Positions 29,071-39,096 are shown, counted from the stretch's first letter. The stretch is DNA of 57,139 bases from Candidatus Doudnabacteria bacterium (GCA_016218585.1 JACRDK010000022.1:1-57139); one strand, 5' to 3'. Numbers and translations are program-made. Notes: generated by a model from the letters alone, not told the origin.

Positions 29071-29868
29071 ATGGCGAAGATTTTATTTATCGGTGATGTA
29101 GTAGGGAAGCCGGGGCGCAAAATATTGCGCGAGGTCTTGCCGCAATGGAAAGAAAAGTACCAGCCGGACGCAGTAATTGTTAACGTTGAGAATTTAGCAC
29201 ATGGCAAAGGAGTAACTCCTTCGACTTTGGCTGACATCGATAGCCTTGGCATAGATTGCTTTACCTCGGGTAACCACATCTTTAATAAACACCAACTTTC
29301 CACGGAATGCTTTGAAAAGTATACTAAACTTATCCGCCCGGATAATTTTGGCACGCAGTATCCTGGTTTTGGTTATTACCGTTTTTCCGCCGCCGGCAGG
29401 CAATTTTTGGCTATAAATTTGAACGGGCAAGTCTTTATGGACCACCAGTTCGAAGGCAGCATATCTAATCCATTTTTTGCAGTAGATAAAATATTAGAGC
29501 AGCAGGCGCAAAAAGGTGATATAATATTAGTGGACTTCCATGCAGAGGCTACAAGCGAAAAAGTAGCTATGGGATATTACTTAGACGGCAGAGTTAGTTT
29601 TTTAACAGGAACGCACACACATGTGCCTACTGCCGATGCCAGAATTTTGGCTAAAGGGACCGGCTATATAACCGACACCGGAATGACCGGTGCGCTGAAT
29701 GCGGTTCTGGGCACAAAAAAAGAAAATGCTTTAAAAAAGTTTTTAGAGCAGGGAAAATTTGTAAATGAGTTGGAAGAGGAAGGGCAATTGCAGATTAACG
29801 GAGTGCTGGTAGAAATTGATGATAATCAAAAAGCAATAAAAATAGAAAAGTTGTACCAGGAAATTTAA
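29071..29868 (+). CDS. ymdB: YmdB-family metallophosphoesterase
   Basis: 'ILFIGDVVGKPGR', 'TSGNH', 'VDFHAEATSEK', 'GTHTHVPTAD'; follows rny. Confidence 0.95.
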   Translation: MAKILFIGDVVGKPGRKILREVLPQWKEKYQPDAVIVNVENLAHGKGVTPSTLADIDSLGIDCFTSGNHIFNKHQLSTECFEKYTKLIRPDNFGTQYPGFGYYRFSAAGRQFLAINLNGQVFMDHQFEGSISNPFFAVDKILEQQAQKGDIILVDFHAEATSEKVAMGYYLDGRVSFLTGTHTHVPTADARILAKGTGYITDTGMTGALNAVLGTKKENALKKFLEQGKFVNELEEEGQLQINGVLVEIDDNQKAIKIEKLYQEI

Positions 29869-29946
29869 TAATTCACAAATTCGCGAAATACGCCAATATC
29901 ACAAAATATGAATTCGTGATATTCGCGTTATTAGTGAATTAGTGGA
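29869..29946. repeat. CACTAAT/CACGAAT-family tandem-unit palindrome
   Basis: attcacaaattcgcgaa.. / ..ttcgtg..ttcgcg..attagtgaattagtgga. Confidence 0.8.
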
Positions 29947-29955
29947 CAAAACAAA

Positions 29956-30483
29956 ATGTCAAAATTTTTAAACCCAAGCGAAATAGTAGCTCAGACAGGC
30001 TTAATGCAAGGCCAGGTAGTGGCTGATTTAGGCTGCGGCAATGGGTTTTACGTTTTGCCGGCAGCTCAAATGGTAGGAAATTCCGGCACAGTCATAGCGG
30101 TAGACGTGGTGGAGGAAAAATTAGCAGCCACCATTTCCATTGCTAATCAGTTTGGTTATAAAAATGTTCGAGTGGTGAAAGCGGATTTGGCTAAGCCAAT
30201 TATGGAAATTGCCCCGAACTCCTGCGACTTGGTAATTGTTGGAAATATCCTTCACGAAATAAGCGGCAAAGACCAGCTAATTAAAAATATTTACAGAATT
30301 TTAAAAAGTCCCGGCAGAGTTGTAATAGTTGAATGGAAAAGAACGGCCACGCCGTTTGGGCCGCCTATAGACAAGCGAATAGATCAGGAAAAATTGGAAG
30401 TCCTGTTTATGCAGGCCGGATTTAGAAAAGACAAAGAGCTCCACACCGACGGCTACCATTATTCCATATTGTTTGAAAAATAA
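29956..30483 (+). CDS. Class I SAM-dependent methyltransferase
   Basis: Motif I 'VADLGCGNG', 'VIAVD', 'RILKSPGRVVIVEW', 'PFGPP'. Confidence 0.9.
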   Translation: MSKFLNPSEIVAQTGLMQGQVVADLGCGNGFYVLPAAQMVGNSGTVIAVDVVEEKLAATISIANQFGYKNVRVVKADLAKPIMEIAPNSCDLVIVGNILHEISGKDQLIKNIYRILKSPGRVVIVEWKRTATPFGPPIDKRIDQEKLEVLFMQAGFRKDKELHTDGYHYSILFEK

Positions 30484-30592
30484 ACCTACCGAAACTGCAC
30501 ATATACTGCACTACAGAAGTCTACAGAAGGGTCCAGGTGTTTCGATTCTGTAGTTTTCTGTAGATTAGTATTAATTAGTAATTTTTGTAGGT
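30484..30592. repeat. CTACAGA-family tandem-unit palindrome
   Basis: ctaccga..ctacagaagtctacaga / tctgtagttttctgtag..tttgtagg. Confidence 0.75.
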
Positions 30593-30594
30593 CT

Positions 30595-30987
30595 ATGAAT
30601 TTAAAATCATATTTCTCAACCCAAAATTTGTTGCAGATTAACCCCGTAACCCCGGTAGATAAAATTTTTCTTTTGGGCGGCGTAATCTTGCTGCTTTTGG
30701 GAATTGTTTTAAAAATTTCTTCCGTATTAGCCCCAACCCCGGCGGACAAAAAATATCGCAACAAATTTTATCATCTGCTTTTATCTATTGGCTTATTGGA
30801 AATGTTTTGGTATTTTTGCCGGTATGAGAATGTTAGCCTGTTTGGCAGCTATTTATTAAACTGGGTTATTGCAATTGTTGGTTTGGTTTGGCTGGTTGTA
30901 CTGCTTACTTCGGCAATGAAAAACTACAAGGCAGAAAAAGCCGGCTGGGATAAAGAACAGCAGAAAAAAAAGTACTTGCCCAGCTAA
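30595..30987 (+). CDS. Membrane protein (3 TM), C-terminal KKKYLP
   Basis: Hydrophobic helices; operon position. Confidence 0.75.
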   Translation: MNLKSYFSTQNLLQINPVTPVDKIFLLGGVILLLLGIVLKISSVLAPTPADKKYRNKFYHLLLSIGLLEMFWYFCRYENVSLFGSYLLNWVIAIVGLVWLVVLLTSAMKNYKAEKAGWDKEQQKKKYLPS

Positions 30988-31064
30988 GTATTTAAACTAT
31001 GAAAAATAAATGATGCAAACAACAGCAAATTCTAATGATGGATTTGCTGTTGTTTTTATAAAGT

Positions 31065-31484
31065 ATGTTTAATTTTTTTAAACCAAAACTTATAAAGCCC
31101 GCATCTCTTGGCCAAAGAGGCGAAGAGTTTGCCCAGGAGTTGTATAGAAAAAAGGGTTATAAAATAATCGCGGCCAATTTCTTTAACAGGAAAGGATTGA
31201 GAAAAGGGGAGGTGGATTTTATTGCCGCAAATAAAACAGACATAGTTTTTGTTGAGGTAAAAACCCGCCGCGTAGGCGATAAAAAATTTGGTGGCGGAGC
31301 GGAAGCCGTTAACTTATATAAACAATTAAAACTGCTTAAAGCGGTGAAGATTTTTTTGCAGCAGCATGCAGAGTACGTTGAACTTAAGCCTCAAATTGAT
31401 GTTTGCCTGGTAGACTATAATGAACTTGACAATCCGCAGTTTTGTGCTAAAATATTAATGAATGCGGTAGAAGATTGGAACTAG
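31065..31484 (+). CDS. yraN: YraN-family (UPF0102) nuclease-like protein
   Basis: 'LGQRGEEFA', 'GYKIIAANF', 'GEVDFIA', 'VFVEVKTR', 'EAV'. Confidence 0.92.
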   Translation: MFNFFKPKLIKPASLGQRGEEFAQELYRKKGYKIIAANFFNRKGLRKGEVDFIAANKTDIVFVEVKTRRVGDKKFGGGAEAVNLYKQLKLLKAVKIFLQQHAEYVELKPQIDVCLVDYNELDNPQFCAKILMNAVEDWN

Positions 31485-31546
31485 ATGAGCGGGTCTCATC
31501 TTTTTTTGTCTTCTGGCGCTAAACAACTAAATAACAATTAAATATA

Positions 31547-31625
31547 AATTCACTAATTCACGAATCAACACCAATATCACTAATGGGTGATTTCGTGTCA
31601 TTCGTGCTATTAGTGTATTAGTGGA
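31547..31625. repeat. CACTAAT/CACGAAT-family tandem-unit palindrome upstream of nusA
   Basis: cactaattcacgaat..cactaat / ttcgtg..ttcgtg..attagtgtattagtgga. Confidence 0.85.
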
Positions 31626-31630
31626 CAATT

Positions 31631-32773
31631 ATGAACGAACAATTAGAACAAGCGTTAGACCAGATAGCAGAAGAAAAAGGCATTAGCCGCCAGGAACTTA
31701 TCTCTATGATAGAGGCGTCTTTGGCTGCGGCTTTTAGAAAAGATTACGGCGAAAAAAATCAGAATATTGTGGTTGAGTTTAATCCGGAAAATATGGCCAC
31801 TAAAGTTTTCGATGTAAAGGTTGTGGTGGAAAATGAAAGTGAAGTGGAAGAAGATCCCCAAAAATTTATAATTTTAGAAGAAGCTAAAAAATTAAAAAAA
31901 TCCGCCAAAGTCGGCGATGAAATAAAGACCGACATTACTCCCAAGACAGGAACTTCCTACGGCCGCATTGCCGCGCAAACCGCCAAACAGGTTATTATTC
32001 AAAAACTTCGCGAAGCAGAACGCAATGTCCAGTTTAGCGACTTTAAGGCAAAAGAACGCACTTTGCAAAATGGTTTAGTCCAGAGAATAGAAGGGGATAC
32101 AATCTTGGTTGATATGGGCAAAGCTACCGGCGTATTATTTCCTTCGGAACAGATTCGCGGAGAAAAATATGCCATCGGCCAACGCCTGAAGGTTTTAATT
32201 TTACACGTTGAACCTGCAACAAAGGGCCCAAAAATAACTTTATCCCGCTCCCATCCGGATATGGTGCGTAAATTGTTTGAATTGGAAGTTCCGGAAATTT
32301 TTAATGGCAGCGTGGAAATTAAAGCTGTGGCCAGAGAAGCCGGCTCACGTTCCAAGATTGCTGTTATTTCCACCCAAGACGGCATTGATCCGATTGGTTC
32401 CTGTGTCGGGCAAAAGGGCAGCCGCGTACAGACAGTAATGGCTGAACTTGGCGGTGAAAAAATTGACATTATTGAATATTCCGACGATCCGGTAAAATTT
32501 ATTGCCAATTCCTTGTCCCCGGCAAAAATTTTAAATGTCCAGTTAGACGAAGAAGCTAAAGAAGCCAAAGTTGGCGTGCTGGAAGACCAATTATCTTTGG
32601 CCATTGGCAAAGCCGGACAAAATGTCCGCCTTGCCGCCCGCTTAACCGGTTGGAAAATTGACATCAACGGAGAAAAATTAACAAGCGAAGACCAGCCGCA
32701 GACTGATGCGGACTTATCGCAGACTGATGCGGAAACTAAGCCCGAAGAGGCTAAAGAAGAAACAGCTGAATAA
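31631..32773 (+). CDS. nusA: Transcription termination/antitermination factor NusA
   Basis: 'GRIAAQTAKQVIIQKLREAER', S1, KH 'AREAGSRSKIAV', 'SLAIGKAGQNVRLAARLTGWKIDI'. Confidence 0.98.
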   Translation: MNEQLEQALDQIAEEKGISRQELISMIEASLAAAFRKDYGEKNQNIVVEFNPENMATKVFDVKVVVENESEVEEDPQKFIILEEAKKLKKSAKVGDEIKTDITPKTGTSYGRIAAQTAKQVIIQKLREAERNVQFSDFKAKERTLQNGLVQRIEGDTILVDMGKATGVLFPSEQIRGEKYAIGQRLKVLILHVEPATKGPKITLSRSHPDMVRKLFELEVPEIFNGSVEIKAVAREAGSRSKIAVISTQDGIDPIGSCVGQKGSRVQTVMAELGGEKIDIIEYSDDPVKFIANSLSPAKILNVQLDEEAKEAKVGVLEDQLSLAIGKAGQNVRLAARLTGWKIDINGEKLTSEDQPQTDADLSQTDAETKPEEAKEETAE

Positions 32774-32913
32774 TTAACCTAATTATTCTAATTTCTAATT
32801 GACTTAAGTAAGCCCAAATGAAGAAAATAAAAATTATTAAAGTACCACTTTTTGGGTGCGGCTGAACTTGATTTGTTTAGAAATTAAGAATTAGATATTA
32901 GAAATTATTAACA

Positions 32914-32966
32914 CCCTCACCCGCCCTTCGCTATTGCTTCGGGCACCCTCTCCTAGAGGGCGAGGG
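32914..32966. repeat. REP-like palindrome CCCTCACCC..CCCTCTCC..GGGCGAGGG with nested CCCTTCG..TTCGGG
   Basis: Sequence read directly upstream of clpP. Confidence 0.65.
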
Positions 32967-32985
32967 GATAAGGAATAATCTATAT

Positions 32986-33561
32986 ATGCCTTTAGTACCA
33001 ATGGTAATTGAAAAGTCTCCCATGGGGGAGCGCGGCTATGATATTTACAGCCGTTTGTTAAAAGATCGCGTAATTTTTTTGGGCGAACCAATAGACGACG
33101 CCGTGGTTAATACCGTAATTGCCCAGTTATTGTTTTTAGATGCCGACAATAACAAAGAAGATATAAAACTTTATATTAATTCTCCCGGCGGTTCGGTTAC
33201 TTCCGCAATGGCTTTGTATGACACAATGCAGCACATTAAAGCGGATGTTTCGACCATTTGCATTGGCCAGGCGGCTTCCGCCGCCGCAGTCCTTTTGGCC
33301 TGCGGAGCCAAAGGTAAGCGCTTCTCTCTGCCAAACTCCCGCGTACTTATTCACCAGGTAATGGGTGGGGCGGAAGGCCAGCAAAAAGACGTGGAGATTC
33401 AGGCCCGGGAAATGCTCAGAATAAAGAATCAAATCAATCATATTCTGGCAAAACACACCGGCCAGCCTGTGACTAAAATTGAGAAAGATACCGACCGCGA
33501 TTATTTTATGACTGCGGAAGAAGCAAAAAAATACGGAATTATTGATAAAATCATCCAGTAA
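32986..33561 (+). CDS. clpP: ATP-dependent Clp protease proteolytic subunit
   Basis: '[14 protein letters not shown]', 'YINSPGGSV', 'GQAASAAA', 'IHQ', 'DTDRDYFM'. Confidence 0.98.
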   Translation: MPLVPMVIEKSPMGERGYDIYSRLLKDRVIFLGEPIDDAVVNTVIAQLLFLDADNNKEDIKLYINSPGGSVTSAMALYDTMQHIKADVSTICIGQAASAAAVLLACGAKGKRFSLPNSRVLIHQVMGGAEGQQKDVEIQAREMLRIKNQINHILAKHTGQPVTKIEKDTDRDYFMTAEEAKKYGIIDKIIQ

Positions 33562-33746
33562 TGGGTGATTTTTCTTTAGTTATGGTATAATTAAGTATAC
33601 TAATTTTAAGCAAGCAATGAAACAAACACTACAATTTATTGAAAAATTTCTTGCCAGGCTTCATTATAAAAATAATTTTTTATATTTTTTTTGGGAATTT
33701 AAATATAAATAAAATCGAGGAAATTATTTTTTTATAATTAAAATTA

Positions 33747-34325
33747 ATGGTTATGGATATAAAAGAAGTAAATTTTTTACCAATTTTACAAAATGACAAT
33801 GATTCTGTTTTAAGAGCGACTAGAAGAGCTGCCTATATGATGGCGCAGGCTCCTCAGAGAGGTTTTACCTTAATTGAACTCCTTGTGGTAATTGCGATTA
33901 TTGGATTGTTGGCGTCAGTGGTGTTAGTAGCATTAAACGGCGCCAGACAAAAATCCAGGGATTCAAAAAGAGTGGCCGATTTAAGCCAGCTAGCTAAAGC
34001 ATTTGAGCTTTATTATAACGAACATAACAGTTACCCAACCAGAACCACGGCTGCTGGCGGTGTTGTTTTGAGCTCCTCATTAACTCTCGGTTCTCCCTCC
34101 ATCTCCCCAAATTATTTAAGCCAACTACCCACGGCGCCCACTCCCGCAGACGGGAGTTGTACTTCCGGAACCGCTAACGGCAAGAATGACTATTATATGT
34201 ACCCAAACAGCACCGGAGTCACTCAGTTGCTTACAAGCGCTTATACGATTACTTTTTGCTTAGGCCAAAAAACCGGTAGTTTAACGCCGGGTCCCCACAC
34301 CCTTACCCAGGCAGGGTTCCAATAG
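33747..34325 (+). CDS. Type IV pilin / pseudopilin (start may be MMAQ at 33837)
   Basis: Class III signal 'RG|FTLIELLVVIAIIGLLASVVL', 'ARQKSRDSKR', two C-terminal Cys. Confidence 0.9.
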   Translation: MVMDIKEVNFLPILQNDNDSVLRATRRAAYMMAQAPQRGFTLIELLVVIAIIGLLASVVLVALNGARQKSRDSKRVADLSQLAKAFELYYNEHNSYPTRTTAAGGVVLSSSLTLGSPSISPNYLSQLPTAPTPADGSCTSGTANGKNDYYMYPNSTGVTQLLTSAYTITFCLGQKTGSLTPGPHTLTQAGFQ

Positions 34326-34527
34326 AGCCTGCTTCCGCGTTTTTTCTAGTAACTTGACTTAATTTAAAACCTAATTAATTTATATGGTATAATTAAGCAT
34401 AGTTACTTTGAGTGCTTAAAGCGCCGCTTACGTTAATATTTCCGGAGAACTTTACTTTAAAAACTCAATTAATTATATAATTATGTTATAATTAATTTAT
34501 AAAAAGTTTATATTTAACCGGATAAAT

Positions 34528-35004
34528 ATGAGAAACAAAAATCAACTCAATAAAGGTTTTACCTTAATTGAACTTTTGGTTGTTATAGCCATTATTGGGC
34601 TGTTAGCATCCGTTGTCTTGGTAGCCTTAAACAGCGCCAGGCAAAAATCAAGAGACGCGAAAAGAATTGCCGACTTAAACCAGCTGGCCAAAGCTTTTGA
34701 GCTATATTTTAATGAGAATAATAGCTACCCTACCAAAACTGCCGGGGGAACTGTGGCAGCTCCGCTTGGTAGTCCGTCAATTACCCCGAATTACTTAAGC
34801 CAACTTCCAACAGCCCCTTCCCCGGCTGATGGCAGTTGCACTTCAGGTACGGGTAACGGCAGGAATGATTACTATATGTATGCTAATAGCACCGGAGGAA
34901 CGCAGTTAATTACTGGGGCCTACGTAATTACTTTTTGTTTAGGAGACAAAACCGGCGGGCTCGGGGCCGGCGCGCACACTCTTACTCAGGCTGGTTTCCA
35001 ATAA
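34528..35004 (+). CDS. Type IV pilin / pseudopilin, paralog of upstream gene
   Basis: 'KG|FTLIELLVVIAIIGLLASVVL'; ends HTLTQAGFQ like the paralog. Confidence 0.92.
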   Translation: MRNKNQLNKGFTLIELLVVIAIIGLLASVVLVALNSARQKSRDAKRIADLNQLAKAFELYFNENNSYPTKTAGGTVAAPLGSPSITPNYLSQLPTAPSPADGSCTSGTGNGRNDYYMYANSTGGTQLITGAYVITFCLGDKTGGLGAGAHTLTQAGFQ

Positions 35005-35011
35005 AATATAT

Positions 35012-35041
35012 AAAAAACCCTCCGGCAACGGAGGGTTTTTT
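35012..35041 (+). terminator. Rho-independent terminator
   Basis: aaaaaaccctccg-gcaa-cggagggtttttt. Confidence 0.85.
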
Positions 35042-35093
35042 AATTTTAGGCATAAATAAAAGTCCTAGTTTTTGAGTAGGATTATTCCTAAAA

Positions 35094-35130
35094 TTATCAC
35101 TTGACACCCTAGAGTGCTAAATGCTACTAT
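35094..35130 (+). promoter_or_regulatory. CIRCE operator overlapping the hrcA promoter
   Basis: TTATCACTT-N9-GAGTGCTAA (consensus TTAGCACTC-N9-GAGTGCTAA, 2 mismatches); TTGACA 35101 and TGcTACTAT 35122-35130. Confidence 0.85.
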
Positions 35131-35160
35131 GCATTTAGTACTATTTTTTTAGTTAAACTT

Positions 35161-35913
35161 ATGGAAAATAAAAGCGAAATTACTCCAAGACAAGCCAAAA
35201 TTTTGGCGGCAATTGTTAAGGAGAATTGCGACAATTGCCAGCCGGTAGCAAGCGGTGATTTAGCGGAGAAATATAATTTTGGCGTATCCGCCCCAACTAT
35301 TCGCAATGAGATGCAGGAACTGGAGAAACAGGGGTTTATAAAACAACCTCACACTTCAGCTGGCCGCGTGCCTACCGACAAGGGTTTTCGTTACTTTGTT
35401 AACGAATTAATGGACAGGGTAAAGCTAACTTTAAAAGAACAGGATACTTTAAAACGGGAATTAATGAAGCTGCAGATGGCTCATATGGAAATGGGCCGCC
35501 GTTTAACCAAACTTTTATCCGAACATAGCCAGTCTGCCAGTTTTGCCTTGTTCGATAACGAGGTTTCCACGATGGGCCTGTCTAATATTTTAAGCAATCC
35601 GGGACTGCAGGCGGAAGACGCCAGAGAAATTGCCAAGTTTTTTGATGACATTGACCAGCATGCTGAAAAGATGATGCAGGACTATTCAGGCATGGGGCCA
35701 AAAGCAATGATTGGCAAGGAAATTGAACTTTCTAAAACCAGCGATTATTCTATGATTGTTTCCGGCTTGCAATTGCCGTCCGGTAAAAAAGGAATTATTG
35801 GTTTGGTAGGCCCGAAGTCGATGAAGTACGAAAAAAATATGAGTTTGATGGAATACATAGCGAAATTACTTGGCGGAGGAGCGGGAGTTATACTATTGAC
35901 CATAATTAAATAA
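35161..35913 (+). CDS. hrcA: Heat-inducible transcription repressor HrcA (short form)
   Basis: 'RQAKILAAIV', 'SAPTIRNEM..LE..GF..QPHTSAGRVPTDKGFRYFV', 'IGLVGPKSMKY'. Confidence 0.93.
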   Translation: MENKSEITPRQAKILAAIVKENCDNCQPVASGDLAEKYNFGVSAPTIRNEMQELEKQGFIKQPHTSAGRVPTDKGFRYFVNELMDRVKLTLKEQDTLKRELMKLQMAHMEMGRRLTKLLSEHSQSASFALFDNEVSTMGLSNILSNPGLQAEDAREIAKFFDDIDQHAEKMMQDYSGMGPKAMIGKEIELSKTSDYSMIVSGLQLPSGKKGIIGLVGPKSMKYEKNMSLMEYIAKLLGGGAGVILLTIIK

Positions 35914-35923
35914 TTAACTGTTT

Positions 35924-36004
35924 TTACTAAATTCTAATATGTACTAATATACCAATCTTAAACAGCGCGCATTAGTATATTGGTAAATAATTAGTATTTA
36001 GTAA
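35924..36004. repeat. TACTAAT-family tandem-unit palindrome
   Basis: tactaaattctaat..tactaatataccaat / attagtatattggta..attagtatttagta. Confidence 0.85.
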
Positions 36005-36013
36005 AGAAAATTT

Positions 36014-36538
36014 ATGCCTGAAGACAATCAACCAGAAGAACAATCAAATATAGAATTGCTGCAGCAAGACCTGGATGCTGTGACCAATAATTGGAAGCGG
36101 GCCCTGGCAGATTTTGAAAATTATAAAAAGCGGAAAGAAGCGGAAAATAAAGAATTGGTGGAATTTGCCCGTGAAGTTGCCGTGGTAAAATTATTGCCAG
36201 CGCTCGACAGCCTCGAACAAGCGCTAAAGCATATGCCTAACGAGGAGAATCAAGAATTAAGAATTAAGAATCAAGAGTTTTTTAAGAAGTACGATAACTG
36301 GCAGACGGGAGTAAATGGGATAGTAATGCAGCTGGATAAGGCCTTAGGGGAACTTGGAGTTAAAAAGATTGAGGCGGTTGGAAAAAAGTTTGACCCGAAT
36401 TTCCACGAAGCTGTCCGCGAAGTAGAAGGCGAGCAGGACCATGTGGTCGTGGATGAATTGCAAACCGGCTTTGAATTAAATGGCAAACTTATTCGTCCTT
36501 CGCAGGTGGTCATCAGTAAAAGTAAATCAGCTAATTAA
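36014..36538 (+). CDS. grpE: Nucleotide exchange factor GrpE
   Basis: 'RALADFENYKKR', 'LLPALDSLEQAL', 'FDPNFHEAV', 'GFELNGKLIRPSQV'. Confidence 0.97.
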   Translation: MPEDNQPEEQSNIELLQQDLDAVTNNWKRALADFENYKKRKEAENKELVEFAREVAVVKLLPALDSLEQALKHMPNEENQELRIKNQEFFKKYDNWQTGVNGIVMQLDKALGELGVKKIEAVGKKFDPNFHEAVREVEGEQDHVVVDELQTGFELNGKLIRPSQVVISKSKSAN

Positions 36539-36621
36539 AAATTCAAGATAACTTGGTAGCAATAATAATATTCCGCCAAAAAAGACCAAAACGGCCCACA
36601 AGACGGACAAAAAAGGACTTT

Positions 36622-36915
36622 ATGAAAATATCAGAAATGTTTACAGTTCGGGAAATAATGGAGATGGATGATAAAGCCAAGAGCATAAAACCCCTTGACG
36701 ACAACGATTGTGTAATTACCGGCAAGGCGTTAAATAAAAATAAAATTATTTTGCGCTTAAAGCGGGAAGTAGACGGCAGCGAAGGAAATGTGTTTGTATA
36801 TTTGAAAGATGATAATCGCGAGCATTTCCCAATTTCCAAGAAACTGTTTGCCAGTAAAAAGGTGATTGGTTTAACACTCGGCGAATTTAAAAAATTTGAT
36901 ATTGAAGAGCTTTAA
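36622..36915 (+). CDS. Hypothetical protein inside the heat-shock operon
   Basis: AAGGA SD supports ATG 36622. Confidence 0.55.
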   Translation: MKISEMFTVREIMEMDDKAKSIKPLDDNDCVITGKALNKNKIILRLKREVDGSEGNVFVYLKDDNREHFPISKKLFASKKVIGLTLGEFKKFDIEEL

Positions 36916-36980
36916 GCTACAGAACTGCTGGCATTAGGACACTACAGAAAACTACAGAATCTAAATATGTCATTCTGTCT
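36916..36980. repeat. CTACAGA-family repeat arm
   Basis: ctacagaa x3; complementary units at about 36973-36978 and 37186-37199. Confidence 0.6.
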
Positions 36981-37048
36981 ATGGTATATAGAATTTAGAA
37001 AATAATTGTAATAGAGCTATTTTTATTTAATATGTTTTAATTTAATTG

Positions 37049-37195
37049 AGATCTGGCGGAAATAGAATCCCCGCCTGCCAAGACTGCCTGGATAAATAAG
37101 AAATAGATATTTATCAAGAATTTAATAAGGTTAAACAAATACATTTAACCTAGGGCATGTCGGGCAGGTGTAGATTCGCATTCATCCGTAGATCT
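37049..37195 (+). other. Large structured element in dnaK 5' region
   Basis: Long basal stem (AGATCT..GCGGA..GAATC..CGCCTGCC / GGCAGGTG..GATTC..TCCGT.AGATCT) topped by two hairpins. Confidence 0.55.
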
Positions 37196-37209
37196 GTAGG
37201 AGAATTCGT

Positions 37210-39096
37210 ATGTCAAAAATTATAGGTATCGACTTAGGAACATCTAACTCTGCCGCTTCCGTTATGGAAGGCGGTAAGCCGGTAATTATTCCGGCGGCAG
37301 AAGGCGCCAGTTTAGGCGGCAAGGCTTTCCCGTCTTATGTGGCATTTACTAAAGAAGGCCAGCTGTTAGTTGGCGAGCCGGCCAGGCGCCAAGCGGTAAC
37401 CAATCCGGAAGGAACGATTTTTGAAGCCAAGCGCAAGATGGGCCAGAAATTTAACTTTAATGTTAACGGCAAAGATTACACCCCGGAACAAATTTCCGCT
37501 TTCATTTTACAAAAAATTAAAAAAGACGCGGAAACTTTTTTGGGCCAACCGGTCGCTAAAGCTGTTGTTACAGTTCCCGCTTATTTTGACGACGCTCAAA
37601 GACAGGCGACTAAAAACGCCGGGGAAATTGCGGGTTTAGAAGTTGTTCGCGTAATAAACGAACCGACCGCCGCGGCTTTTGCGTATGGCCTGGATAAGAC
37701 TTCTTCCAAAGACCAAAAGATTTTAGTGTTTGACTTGGGCGGCGGAACTTTGGATGTGACCATTATGGATTTTTCCGAGGCCGATGGCCAGGCGACTTTT
37801 GAAGTGCTCTCCACCTCCGGCGACACAGCTTTGGGCGGCAAGGATATGGACAAAGCGTTGATTGATTATTTGGTGGCGGCTTTTAAAACCGAAAGCGGCG
37901 TTGATATTTCGGCCGACAAAATGGCTATGAACCGCGTAAGAGAAGCGGCAGAAAAAGCTAAAATTGAGCTTTCCACAACAATGGAAACGGACATTAATTT
38001 GCCGTTTATTACCGCTGACGCCAACGGGCCAAAGCATTTCCAGTTAAAGATTACCAGAACAAAGCTGGAAGAATTAATTAAGCCGCTCGTGGAAAGAATG
38101 CGCCATCCGGTTGAACAGGCAATTAATGACGTGGCAAAGAAATTAAATATTTCCTTTACCCCGCAGAATATAGACAAGATTATTTTAATTGGCGGACCGA
38201 CCAGAATGCCTGCTGTTAAAAAATTTGTGGAAGACTATATTGGCAAGCAGGTAGAAGGCGGCATTGACCCAATGGAAGCCGTAGCCAAGGGCGCGGCAAT
38301 CCAGGCCGGTATTTTAGGCGGCGATGTCCAGGGCAAAGAAATTTTGCTTCTCGATGTTACCCCCCTCACTTTGGGTTTGGAAACTTTAGGCGGCGTCCGC
38401 ACTCCATTAATTGAGCGCAATACCACTATTCCAACATCTAAGTCTCAAACTTTCTCAACAGCGGCCGACAATCAGACATCCGTTGAAATTCACGTACTGC
38501 AGGGCGAACGCGAGTTTGCTAAAGACAACAAATCTTTAGGCCATTTTATTTTAGACGGCATCCCGCCGGCGCCTCGCGGCATTCCTCAGGTGGAAGTTAC
38601 TTTTGATATTGATGCCAATGGCATTTTGACGGTTAAAGCAAAAGATAAAGCTACCAACAAGGAAAATAAAATTACCATTCAAGGTTCGTCCAACTTAAAT
38701 AAGGATGAAATTGAAAGAATGAAAAAAGAGGCTGAAGCCCACGCCGAGGAAGACCGCAAGCGCAAAGAAACCGTGGATATGAGAAACCAGGCGGACACTT
38801 TAATTAGCGTTTCGGAAAAGACCTTAAAAGACGCTGGCGACAAGGCCAAAGCGGAAGACAAAACTTTGGTTGAAGAAAAAATTAAAGCGCTAAAAGAAGT
38901 TAAAGATAAAGACAATCTGGAAGATTTAAAGAAAGCTATGGACGCCTTGTCTGAAGCGGTGCAAAAAGTTGGCGCTGCTATGTACGAGCAAGAATCAAGC
39001 AGCAAGAATCAAGAATCAAGCGGGGGAGCAGGAAGTGAAAAGCCGGAAGACAAGGGGCCGGTAGACGCTGAGTACAAAGAAGTTCCTAAGCAATAA
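37210..39096 (+). CDS. dnaK: Chaperone DnaK
   Basis: '[11 protein letters not shown]', 'AVVTVPAYF', 'INEPTAAA', '[11 protein letters not shown]', '[21 protein letters not shown]'. Confidence 0.99.
   Translation: MSKIIGIDLGTSNSAASVMEGGKPVIIPAAEGASLGGKAFPSYVAFTKEGQLLVGEPARRQAVTNPEGTIFEAKRKMGQKFNFNVNGKDYTPEQISAFILQKIKKDAETFLGQPVAKAVVTVPAYFDDAQRQATKNAGEIAGLEVVRVINEPTAAAFAYGLDKTSSKDQKILVFDLGGGTLDVTIMDFSEADGQATFEVLSTSGDTALGGKDMDKALIDYLVAAFKTESGVDISADKMAMNRVREAAEKAKIELSTTMETDINLPFITADANGPKHFQLKITRTKLEELIKPLVERMRHPVEQAINDVAKKLNISFTPQNIDKIILIGGPTRMPAVKKFVEDYIGKQVEGGIDPMEAVAKGAAIQAGILGGDVQGKEILLLDVTPLTLGLETLGGVRTPLIERNTTIPTSKSQTFSTAADNQTSVEIHVLQGEREFAKDNKSLGHFILDGIPPAPRGIPQVEVTFDIDANGILTVKAKDKATNKENKITIQGSSNLNKDEIERMKKEAEAHAEEDRKRKETVDMRNQADTLISVSEKTLKDAGDKAKAEDKTLVEEKIKALKEVKDKDNLEDLKKAMDALSEAVQKVGAAMYEQESSSKNQESSGGAGSEKPEDKGPVDAEYKEVPKQ

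Noticed and set aside
34393-34419. Second CIRCE-like inverted repeat (TTAAGCA..GAGTGCTTAA)
   Set aside because: Spacing and left arm do not fit TTAGCACTC-N9-GAGTGCTAA.
33747-35004. Pilin pair as DGR template/variable repeat or silent cassette
   Set aside because: Differences are spread over all bases and are largely synonymous; both genes are complete with promoters; no reverse transcriptase in the window.
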